From Actinomycetales bacterium (GTDB lineage Bacteria > Actinomycetota > Actinomycetes > Actinomycetales > Beutenbergiaceae), in the NCBI GenBank assembly GCA_016649925.1, contig JAENWO010000001.1:1-29232 (forward strand): a stretch of DNA of 29,232 bases, in the 5' to 3' direction. A model generated the notes under the pieces. The model made no database searches. It saw nothing but the letters and a program-made list of their open reading frames with translations, and was not told the DNA's origin. Every line of letters starts with the position of its first letter. Within the stretch, counting starts at the first letter, position 1. Shown one piece after another: positions 1 through 7,060 of the stretch. Both the position numbers and the translations under genes were made by a program.

Positions 1-1
1 C

Positions 2-1189
2 GCCGCGGTCGTGGAACGCACGGCGCGCCTGGCCCGCCGGCATGCCGGCCTCGTCGCGCCGGCCCTGGACGATGCGGCGCACGAGCTGCGGACGCGGCTC
101 GGCCTCGTGCCCGAGGGCCGGCTGCGGGACGGACTGCCCACCGAGCTCGTCGCGACCGTGCGCACGATCGCCGACGGAGCCCGCGAGGCGATCACCGCCA
201 TGCGCGAGGAGGCAGGCACGAGCGCCCCGGCCGACCAGGCGGGGGCCCGCAACATGGCGAAGAGCGCGATGCTCATCCTGTTCGAGGTGGCGGACCGGCT
301 CCTCTCCGACCGGGTGGCCACCCACCACGACGTGTTGTGGTGCGAGCGTGGCCGCGGACCGACGGACTTCTCCCGGCTGATGGTCGCCCCGCTCGACGTG
401 GCGGGTCCGATCGTCCGGGACCTGTTCGCCGAGCGCGCGGCCGTGCTGACGTCCGCCACCCTCACCCTCGGGGGCACGTTCGATGCCACGGCCCGTTCGA
501 TGGGACTGGGCGACGGCGAGTACACCGGCCTGGACGTCGCCTCGCCGTTCGACTATGCGCGTCAGGGGATCGTCTACGTCGCCAAGCACCTGCCCGCACC
601 CGGCCGGGACGGCACCGACGAGCGGATCCTGGACGAGATCGCGGAGCTGATCACCGCGGCCGGGGGTCGGACGCTCGGACTGTTCTCCTCCCGTCGGGGT
701 GCCCAGATGGCGGCGGAGGCGATGCGGGAACGGCTCGATACCCCGGTACTCGTGCAGGGCGAGGACTCGCTGCCCGCCCTCGTGCGGGCGTTCGCCGCGG
801 ACCCCGCGACCTCACTGTTCGGCACCCTCTCCCTGTGGCAGGGCGTGGACGTGCCCGGACCCTCCTGCCAGCTGGTCCTGATCGACCGGATCCCGTTCCC
901 GCGGCCGGACGACCCCATCAAGGCGGCCCGCACCGAGGTGGTGGCGGCGGCCGGCGGGAACGGGTTCATGGCGGTGTCCGCCACGCACGCCGCGCTGCTC
1001 CTCGCCCAGGGTGCCGGCCGGCTCATCCGCGGCACGCAGGATCGTGGCGTCGTCGCGATCCTCGACCCGCGGTTGCGCACCGCCCGGTACGGCACGTTCC
1101 TCGCGCGCTCCCTGCCTCCGTTGTGGCCCACGACGGACCCCGCGGTGGTCCGAGCGGCGCTGCGTCGGCTCGATACGGCCGAGGCCTGA
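2..1189 (+). CDS. dinG: DinG/YoaA-family ATP-dependent DNA helicase, C-terminal part (5' truncated by window)
   Basis: Frame is open from base 2. SF2 DinG motifs seen: VLTSATL, SPFDY, GGRTLGLFSSRR, SLWQGVDVPG, DRIPFPRPDDP, LAQGAGRLIR, ILDPRL. Confidence 0.9.
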   Translation, partial: AAVVERTARLARRHAGLVAPALDDAAHELRTRLGLVPEGRLRDGLPTELVATVRTIADGAREAITAMREEAGTSAPADQAGARNMAKSAMLILFEVADRLLSDRVATHHDVLWCERGRGPTDFSRLMVAPLDVAGPIVRDLFAERAAVLTSATLTLGGTFDATARSMGLGDGEYTGLDVASPFDYARQGIVYVAKHLPAPGRDGTDERILDEIAELITAAGGRTLGLFSSRRGAQMAAEAMRERLDTPVLVQGEDSLPALVRAFAADPATSLFGTLSLWQGVDVPGPSCQLVLIDRIPFPRPDDPIKAARTEVVAAAGGNGFMAVSATHAALLLAQGAGRLIRGTQDRGVVAILDPRLRTARYGTFLARSLPPLWPTTDPAVVRAALRRLDTAEA

Positions 1190-1254
1190 CGGACCGGCGC
1201 CATCCCCGGATAGCCTGTCGCAGGACAGCGGTAGGAGATCGTGAGGGGAAGACC

Positions 1255-2247
1255 ATGACCGTGGACCAGCACCTGGGCGCCGTTGACGCGGGATCACGTG
1301 CGCCGGCGCCGGTCTCGACGCTGGCGATCGTCGGCGCCGGATCGGTCGGCGCGACGCTCGCGTATGCGGCCCTGATCCGGGGTGTCGCCCGCCGGGTGGT
1401 GCTCTATGACATCGACGCCGCGAAGGTCGAGGCGGAGGTGCTCGACATCGCCCACGGCATCGAGTTCATGCCGATGGGTGAGATCGACGGCTCCGACGAC
1501 ATCTCGATCTGTGCGAGGGCGGATGTCATCGCGGTGACCGCCGGGGCAAGGCAGAAGCCCGGGCAGTCCCGCATCGACCTGGCCGGCAAGACGATCGAGC
1601 TCATGCGCACCCTCGTCCCGCAGCTGGTGGAGGTGGCCCCGGACGCCGTCTACATGATGGTGACCAACCCGGTGGACATCGTCACGTACGCCTCACTGAA
1701 GCTCTCCGGTCTGCCCCCGAACCAGCTGTTCGGCTCCGGCACCGTGCTGGACACCTCCCGGCTGCGGTACCTCGTCAGCCAGCGGTGCCGGATCGCGGTG
1801 CGCAACGTCCACGCCTACATCCTGGGAGAACACGGGGACAGCGAGATCCCGGTGTGGAGCTCGGCCACCATCGGCGGGGCGCCGCTGCGGGAGTTCACTG
1901 CGGCGACCGGCAGGCTCAACCAGGACGTGCAGGACGAGATCGCCCACGAGGTGGTGAACTCCGCCTACCGCATCATCGCGGGCAAGGGCGCGACGAACTA
2001 CGCCGTGGCCCTGGCCGCTGCCCGGATCACCGAGGCCGTCCTACGCTCGGAGCGGGCGATCCTGCCCGTCTCGAGCCTGCTGGAGGACTACCTCGGGATC
2101 TCGGACGTGTGCATGTCCGTGCCGTCGATCGTCGACCGCGTCGGTGTCGCGGAGCGTCTCGTCATCCCGGTGAACGCCGCGGAGCTGGCCGGGCTCCGCT
2201 CCAGCGCCACCCAGCTGCGCGCGGTCGCGCGGCAGCTCGGGTTCTGA
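1255..2247 (+). CDS. ldh: NAD-dependent L-lactate dehydrogenase
   Basis: ATG 1255 follows GAGGGGAA; candidate -10 TAGCCT at 1211-1216. GAGSVG Rossmann motif, TAGARQKPGQSR specificity loop (Gln = LDH rather than MDH), TNPVD, GEHGDS catalytic His, KGATNY. Confidence 0.92.
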   Translation: MTVDQHLGAVDAGSRAPAPVSTLAIVGAGSVGATLAYAALIRGVARRVVLYDIDAAKVEAEVLDIAHGIEFMPMGEIDGSDDISICARADVIAVTAGARQKPGQSRIDLAGKTIELMRTLVPQLVEVAPDAVYMMVTNPVDIVTYASLKLSGLPPNQLFGSGTVLDTSRLRYLVSQRCRIAVRNVHAYILGEHGDSEIPVWSSATIGGAPLREFTAATGRLNQDVQDEIAHEVVNSAYRIIAGKGATNYAVALAAARITEAVLRSERAILPVSSLLEDYLGISDVCMSVPSIVDRVGVAERLVIPVNAAELAGLRSSATQLRAVARQLGF

Positions 2248-2275
2248 ACCGACCCGGACATCCAGTCCGAAGGCC

Positions 2276-2986
2276 TCAGAGCGAGCGGAGCACCGTGACG
2301 ACCCGTCCGAGGATCTGGGCCTCGGAGGCGTCGATGGGGGAGAAGGCCGGGTTGGCGGGCATCAGCCAGACCTGACCGTCGACCCGCTTGAACGTCTTGA
2401 CGGTCGCGTCGCCGTCGATCATCGCCGCCACGATCTCGCCGTTCTCCGCGACCTGCTGCTGGCGCACCACCACCCAGTCGCCGTCGCAGATGGCCGCGTC
2501 GATCATCGATTCACCGACCACCTTGAGCAGGAACAGGTCACCGTCCCCGACGAGCTGGCGGGGTAGCGGGAACACGTCCTCGACGGCCTGCTCGGCCAGG
2601 ATCGGACCACCGGCCGCGATGCGGCCGACGACGGGCACGTACGACGGCGTCGCTGCCGTCAGGTCCCCGTGGTGCAGCTCGAAGAAGCCCGCGCCGTTAC
2701 GGGCCGGTCGCGCCTCGTCCGGTGCGATGATCTCGATCGCCCTGGTCGAGACCGGGTCGCGGCGCAGGTAGCCCTTCTCCTCGAGGAGGTTGAGCTGGTA
2801 CTTCACCGAGGAGGGGCTCGCGAGCCCGACCGACCGGCCGATCTCGCGCATGGTCGGCGGGTACCCCCGGCTCTGGATGCTCTCGCGGATCGCCTCCATG
2901 ATCAGGCGCTGGCGGTTGGTCAGGCCGTCGGCGCCCGGGGCGTCCTGCCTGTCGTCGGTGCTGCCGGTGGACTTCGAACGGCTCAC
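2276..2986 (-). CDS. lexA: SOS repressor LexA
   Basis: N-terminal wHTH ([11 protein letters not shown]...SPSSV), Ala-Gly cleavage site VGRIAAGGP, catalytic Ser (VGESM) and Lys (TVKT). Confidence 0.97.
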   Translation of the reverse strand: MSRSKSTGSTDDRQDAPGADGLTNRQRLIMEAIRESIQSRGYPPTMREIGRSVGLASPSSVKYQLNLLEEKGYLRRDPVSTRAIEIIAPDEARPARNGAGFFELHHGDLTAATPSYVPVVGRIAAGGPILAEQAVEDVFPLPRQLVGDGDLFLLKVVGESMIDAAICDGDWVVVRQQQVAENGEIVAAMIDGDATVKTFKRVDGQVWLMPANPAFSPIDASEAQILGRVVTVLRSL

Positions 2987-3091
2987 GGTCTCCTCCAGAT
3001 GCTGCTTCTCGTTGCGGTTCCGCCGATGTCAGTGCTCGGTGGTGTGCTGATCCGGCGTTGAAGACAACAGTAGGGCGAGAAGCGCTCGGAA

Positions 3092-3107
3092 CCAAACATC
3101 TGTTCGA
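3092..3107. promoter_or_regulatory. LexA (SOS) box 1, CCAAAC-ATCT-GTTCGA, over the probable lexA -35 (lexA -10 TACTGT at 3072-3067, minus strand)
   Basis: Matches actinobacterial TCGAAC-N4-GTTCGA with 2 mismatches in the left half; lies between divergent lexA and the LysM gene. Confidence 0.8.
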
Positions 3108-3115
3108 TTCGCGTG

Positions 3116-3144
3116 TCGACATGGTCGGTGTCCCATGATAGATT
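3116..3144 (+). promoter_or_regulatory. Promoter of LysM gene: -35 TCGACA, 17 bp, -10 TAGATT; also carries TGGTCGGTG-N8-TAGATT (RecA-independent/PafBC-type motif, 1 mismatch)
   Basis: Hexamers and spacing read directly from the sequence. The consensus tTGTCRgtg-N8-TAnnnT is established for mycobacteria. Confidence 0.65.
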
Positions 3145-3175
3145 GCGTACAGACGTTCGACGAACACACGTTCTA
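3145..3175. promoter_or_regulatory. Two abutting LexA boxes: GCGTAC-AGAC-GTTCGA (3145-3160) and ACGAAC-ACAC-GTTCTA (3160-3175)
   Basis: Both fit GAAC-N4-GTTC and sit immediately downstream of the -10, over the predicted start site. Confidence 0.8.
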
Positions 3176-3201
3176 GGACTGCAGGATCGAGGAGAAGCAC
3201 G

Positions 3202-3765
3202 ATGAGCGTTCCGGCTTTCCCCACCACGGACCTCCACCCGGCCACCCGGCCGGCGCCCGCGCGACGTCGCCACCTGGTGGCCGTGCCGGCCGGCGACGTG
3301 CCGGTCGGTGCGCCCGCTGCGCCGAGGCGGCGTGCGCCGCTCGCCCTGGTCAGGCCGTTGCCCCTCGCCCCGCTGCCCGAGCGGACGGTCGATGCCCTGA
3401 CCGCGCCCGGGGCTGGCTCTCCCGCGCTCGCGCCGGCTCGGGACCTGGCGCCGGTGAGCTCGGCGGCGCACGAGGCGCCGATGCGCCTGACCGCTCGCGG
3501 CCGCCGCGTGCTCGTCGTCCTCGCATTCGTCGTTGCGGCTGCCGTCGGGGCCATCTCCGGCACGCTGCTCGGCGGCGACGTGGCACTTCCTACGTCGGTC
3601 GAGACGGTCACCGTCCAGCCCGGTGAGAGCCTCTGGTCGATCGCGTCGACGGTGACCGTCCCTGGAGCGGACGTGCGGGTGGTCGTGGACCAGATCATGG
3701 CGCTGAACGGGCTGGACGACTCCGTCGTGGCCACCGGTGAGCGCCTCGCCGTGCCGGCGAGCTGA
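3202..3765 (+). CDS. LysM peptidoglycan-binding membrane protein, probable SOS cell-division inhibitor (ChiZ/DivS/YneA-like)
   Basis: RBS GAGGAGA. Pro/Ala-rich N-terminus, RLTARGRR followed by one TM helix, C-terminal LysM (VTVQPGESLWSIA...IMALNGL...GERLAVP). Conserved position between lexA and nrdR. Confidence 0.85.
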   Translation: MSVPAFPTTDLHPATRPAPARRRHLVAVPAGDVPVGAPAAPRRRAPLALVRPLPLAPLPERTVDALTAPGAGSPALAPARDLAPVSSAAHEAPMRLTARGRRVLVVLAFVVAAAVGAISGTLLGGDVALPTSVETVTVQPGESLWSIASTVTVPGADVRVVVDQIMALNGLDDSVVATGERLAVPAS

Positions 3766-3804
3766 CGGCGGGTGCGCTCCAGCGCTGCCGCTGACGCAGC
3801 GAAC

Positions 3805-3833
3805 TTGCGCGTGAGGCGTCGACGCCCTAGGGT
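3805..3833 (+). promoter_or_regulatory. nrdR promoter: -35 TTGCGC, 17 bp, -10 TAGGGT
   Basis: Hexamers with 17-bp spacing, directly followed by an NrdR box. Confidence 0.65.
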
Positions 3834-3881
3834 TTCCCACATCTAGTAGTTACACCGCTGTGATCTCGCCACATGTAGTGC
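3834..3881. promoter_or_regulatory. Tandem NrdR boxes: TTCCCACATCTAGTAG (3834-3849) and TCGCCACATGTAGTGC (3866-3881)
   Basis: Both fit the core of the acaCwAtATaTwGtgt consensus; starts are 32 bp apart, the typical spacing of NrdR box pairs. Confidence 0.82.
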
Positions 3882-3929
3882 GGGGCGTGGCCGGTGGCTG
3901 ACGCGTTGGACGTGGGAAGAGAGTCCTCG

Positions 3930-4403
3930 GTGCACTGTCCGTTCTGCCGGCACAGCGACTCCCGCGTCGTCGATTCCCGGACGGCCGAGGACGGCGCGAC
4001 GATCCGCCGCCGTCGGCAGTGCCCGGCCTGCGGGCGACGGTTCACCACGGTGGAGACCACCAGCCTGAACGTGATGAAGCGCTCGGGCGCCGTCGAGCCG
4101 TTCAGCCGGGACAAGGTGATCGCCGGCGTGCGGAAGGCGTGCCAGGGCCGGCCCGTCTCGGAGGACGACCTCGCGCTCCTGGCGCAGCAGGTGGAGGAGA
4201 CGATCCGGGGGACCGGCGTCGCCGAGGTCGATGCGCACGAGGTCGGCCTGACGATCCTCGGTCCGCTGCGGGACCTGGACGAGGTCGCCTACCTACGTTT
4301 CGCGAGCGTGTACCGCGCGTTCTCCTCGCTGGAGGACTTCGAGGCGGCGATCACCGCACTGCGGCTGGAGCGCGAGGCGGACCCTGCCGATCCGCCCAGC
4401 TAG
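3930..4403 (+). CDS. nrdR: Transcriptional repressor NrdR
   Basis: GTG 3930 gives [17 protein letters not shown]. Zn ribbon [16 protein letters not shown]-cone, [13 protein letters not shown]. Confidence 0.97.
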   Translation: MHCPFCRHSDSRVVDSRTAEDGATIRRRRQCPACGRRFTTVETTSLNVMKRSGAVEPFSRDKVIAGVRKACQGRPVSEDDLALLAQQVEETIRGTGVAEVDAHEVGLTILGPLRDLDEVAYLRFASVYRAFSSLEDFEAAITALRLEREADPADPPS

Positions 4404-4406
4404 ACG

Positions 4407-4447
4407 GCCGTCGGTGGCGGTGGAGGGAAGCCGGCGCCACCGACGGC
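4407..4447. terminator. Bidirectional terminator-like hairpin between convergent nrdR and AKR
   Basis: Perfect 13-bp inverted repeat GCCGTCGGTGGCG / CGCCACCGACGGC with a 15-nt loop. No U tract, which is common in actinobacteria. Confidence 0.7.
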
Positions 4448-4452
4448 AACCA

Positions 4453-5496
4453 TCACAGGTCGCTCGAGCGCGACGCCCACAGGTTGATGTCGCCGTCCTG
4501 GGCGTGCCCGTCAATCTCGGCGAGCTCGGAGTCGGAGAACTCCATGTTGTCCACGGCGGCGAGGGTGTCGTCCAGCTGTGCGACGCTGGAGGCGCCGACT
4601 AGCGCAGTCGTGACGCGCGGGTCGCGCAGGACCCACGCCACGGACATCTGGGCGAGCGTCTGCCCGCGCCGCTCGGCGATCGCGTTCAGCAGGTGGATCC
4701 GCTCGAGGTTCTCCTTGCTGAGGTAGGAGCCCTTGAGGGAGCCGTCACGCGCGGCGCGCGAGTCGGAGGGGACGCCGTCGAGGTAGCGGCTGGTGAGCAT
4801 GCCCTGGGCCAGGGGGGAGAAGACCGCCGTGCCCATACCGACGTCGCCGAGCACGTCGAGCAGGCTCTCACCGGCATCGCCCGGCTTCTCGATCCACCGG
4901 TTGATCATCGAGTAGGAGGGCTGGTGCACGAGGATGTCGAGTCCGATGTCGGACGCCACTGCGAGGGCCTCGCGGGTCCGCTCGGCGGAGTAGGACGAGA
5001 TGCCGGCGTACAGGGCGCGACCGGAGTCGATCGCGGTCTTGAGCGCCCCGAGCGTCTCGTGCAAGGGCGTCGTGGGGTCGAACCGGTGGCTGTAGAAGAT
5101 GTCGACGTACTCCAGACCCATGCGGCGCAGCGAGGCGTCGAGGGAGGACAGCAGGTACTTGCGCGAACCGCCGTCGCCGTACGGACCGGGCCACATGTCA
5201 TAGCCGGCCTTGGTGGTGATGACGAGCTCGTCGCGCAGCGCCGCGAGGTCCGTCCGGAGCATCTCGCCGAAGTTCGACTCCGCCGAGCCAGGAGGTGGAC
5301 CGTAGTTGTTGGCGAGGTCGATCTGGGTGATGCCCCGGTCGAACGCTCGGTGCACGATGGCGCGCTGCGTCTCCAGCGAGGTCTGCTCGCCGAAGTTCTG
5401 CCAGAGGCCGAGAGAGATGAGCGGGAGGTCGAGACCGCTGTGCCCGCAGCGGCGCATGGGCATGACGTCGTACCGGTCAGCGGCGGGGGTGTACAT
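4453..5496 (-). CDS. Aldo/keto reductase, L-glyceraldehyde-3-phosphate reductase (YghZ/MgrA-like)
   Basis: ISLGLWQNFG, IDLANNYGPPPGSAE, ITTKAGYDMWPGPYG, GLEYVDIFYSHRFDP, HQPSYSM, FSPLAQGMLT, LVGASSVAQL. Confidence 0.9.
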   Translation of the reverse strand: MYTPAADRYDVMPMRRCGHSGLDLPLISLGLWQNFGEQTSLETQRAIVHRAFDRGITQIDLANNYGPPPGSAESNFGEMLRTDLAALRDELVITTKAGYDMWPGPYGDGGSRKYLLSSLDASLRRMGLEYVDIFYSHRFDPTTPLHETLGALKTAIDSGRALYAGISSYSAERTREALAVASDIGLDILVHQPSYSMINRWIEKPGDAGESLLDVLGDVGMGTAVFSPLAQGMLTSRYLDGVPSDSRAARDGSLKGSYLSKENLERIHLLNAIAERRGQTLAQMSVAWVLRDPRVTTALVGASSVAQLDDTLAAVDNMEFSDSELAEIDGHAQDGDINLWASRSSDL

Positions 5497-5509
5497 GCCC
5501 GCAAGCCTA

Positions 5510-5535
5510 GTACGGCGCCTGAGTAGGCGCCGTAC
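5510..5535. repeat. Perfect inverted repeat GTACGGCGCCT-GAGT-AGGCGCCGTAC between divergent promoters
   Basis: 11-bp arms and 4-bp spacer, read directly. Flanked by -10 TAGGCT (5509-5504, minus) and -10 TACGGT (5550-5555, plus). Confidence 0.75.
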
Positions 5536-5561
5536 CCGCGGACGACGCCTACGGTGGGAGT

Positions 5562-6026
5562 GTGCTGATCGGCATGGCCGGGCCGCCCGGCACCGGGAAG
5601 AGCCGCGTCGCCCAGCGCATCGGGCGTGAGCTGGGGCTGCCCGTGCTCTCCGTCGAGGCGATCGTGGCGGCGATGTGGCGCGCCGGCGATGTGGCGCGCC
5701 GGCGGGGGTGGTCCCGGCGAGGACCTAGCCACGGGGCTCGCGGTGCACCTGGTGGTCGAGGCCGCAGCCGATGGGCTCCTCGGCCTCGGCCAGGGTGTGG
5801 TTGTCGACGCGGTCAACGACGGCGAACCGGCCCATGCCCAGTGGCGCGGTCTCGCGCGCCGGCACGGAGTCGAGCTGAGGTTCTTCGGGATGGTCTGCTC
5901 CGATCGGGTGCTGCACCGCGCCCGGCTGGACGGACGAGCGCCTCACGTTGGAAACCGCGGACGACGGCGCACCCACCCTCGCGAGGGCCTGCGCCTATGT
6001 CGGGGGGCAGCTCGCGCAGGTACTGA
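5562..6026 (+). pseudogene. AAA_33-like P-loop kinase, disrupted
   Basis: N-terminus GMAGPPGTGKS. A 16-bp tandem duplication (5671-5702) shifts into the frame carrying VVVDAVN...QWRGLA...VCSD..LHRARL. A second shift at 5927 gives WTDERLTLET...LARACAYV. A third shift in G6 (6002-6007) reaches TGA 6024-6026. Confidence 0.75.
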
Positions 6027-6571
6027 CGGCAGACGTGCACTCTGCGGTACCTGGCCCGCATCTCGGCCTCGCGCTCGACGGGTGCGTGGGCGAATGCGTA
6101 GACGGGTGAGCTGAGCCCCTCGGGCGTTGTGAACCCCTCGACCTCAGCCTCACGTGCGTAGGCGTCCGCGTAGACGTGCAGGTAACGGTGGCGCTCGGTG
6201 AAGCCCTGTGCGCGGTACCTGCGGTTGGCGGCCTCGTCGCCGCGGGTCCACGCGTCCAGCGTCGAGGCACCGTGGCTGTTCAGGGCCGGCAGCGCGCCGC
6301 AGAGGAGGCGGCCGGCGATGCCGCGGCGGGTGTGGTCTGGGTGGACCGCGACCGACTCGATCGTGGCCGTGGTGGCGTCGATGGTCACGCCGAGCAGACC
6401 GAGGACCTCGGCGCCCTCGGTTGCCACGAGCCGCACCACCGGCAGGTCGTAGGCGGGGCGGGACACGAGGACGTCGTCGTAGTGCTCGGTGTCGAAGAAG
6501 CTCAGCAGTCGGCAGCGCAGCCAGCTACGTTCGTCGCGGTCGAGATAAGGGCGGAAGGTCAGGGAAGCCAT
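5813..6571 (-). CDS. GNAT-family acetyltransferase; probable native end near 5995, now read through by a +1 frameshift
   Basis: Acetyl-CoA motif AVHPDHTRRGIAGRLL, then LDAWTRGDEAAN..Y...GF. Removing one base of the G6 run gives ...LRELPPT* at 5997-5995. The present tail is GC-rich, low-information sequence. Confidence 0.75.
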   Translation of the reverse strand: MASLTFRPYLDRDERSWLRCRLLSFFDTEHYDDVLVSRPAYDLPVVRLVATEGAEVLGLLGVTIDATTATIESVAVHPDHTRRGIAGRLLCGALPALNSHGASTLDAWTRGDEAANRRYRAQGFTERHRYLHVYADAYAREAEVEGFTTPEGLSSPVYAFAHAPVEREAEMRARYRRVHVCRQYLRELPPDIGAGPREGGCAVVRGFQREALVRPAGRGAAPDRSRPSRRTSARLRAGARDRATGHGPVRRR

Positions 6572-6802
6572 CGTCGTCCGTTCGTCGTGAGGGCTGGGTC
6601 GAGCGCCCGAGCACGGTGCGCTCGGGAGGGGTGGTCGGGCATGCTCACCGGCGACGACACGAGCCGCACCATGGGGGTACCGACGCTCACGTCTGGGTGG
6701 TACCGACGTGCGCCAGACGAAAGGAGTGGCGTTCGGGCGTGCGGACCGGCAGGCTAGGGAGCCGTCGGAGAGTCCGGCCCGAGCAGATCAGCGAGGTGGC
6801 AC

Positions 6803-7006
6803 ATGCCCGACCCTATGCCCGACCCCCAGAACGCCGACGTGACCGATGCGCTCGCGGACGCCAAGGAGAAGATGCGTGAGGCCCTGGACCGCAAGCGAAC
6901 CGGCGAGCACCTGAGCGCCGACGGCCGTCGCAACACGGGCAGCGTGCACGGCTCCGAGGTCACCGGCGCCGAGCAGAAGCGGGTCTTCCGCCGCAAGTCC
7001 GGCTGA
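6803..7006 (+). CDS. DUF5302-family small protein
   Basis: RBS GAGG. KMREALDRK helix and C-terminal FRRKSG, which I recall as typical of this actinobacterial family. Confidence 0.75.
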   Translation: MPDPMPDPQNADVTDALADAKEKMREALDRKRTGEHLSADGRRNTGSVHGSEVTGAEQKRVFRRKSG

Positions 7007-7029
7007 GCTCAGCGGCAACGACGGGCCAC

Positions 7030-7060
7030 GAGGGGGGGCGGGATCGCCCGCCTGCCCCTC
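7030..7060. terminator. GC hairpin between convergent DUF5302 and serA
   Basis: GAGGGG-G-GGCGGG / ATCG loop / CCCGCC-TG-CCCCTC. Confidence 0.55.

Noticed and set aside
1215-1228. CTGTC-N4-GACAG at the ldh start site as a Rex operator
   Set aside because: Only 5-bp arms, and no match to TTGTGAA-N4-TTCACAA.
337-1254. N-terminal extension of the 636-aa ORF, suggesting a fused LDH
   Set aside because: It overlaps dinG in another frame. LDH similarity and an RBS begin at 1255.
3026-3048. ATGTCAGTG resembling the RecA-independent promoter upstream element
   Set aside because: The position 8 nt downstream reads TGTGCT, not TAnnnT.
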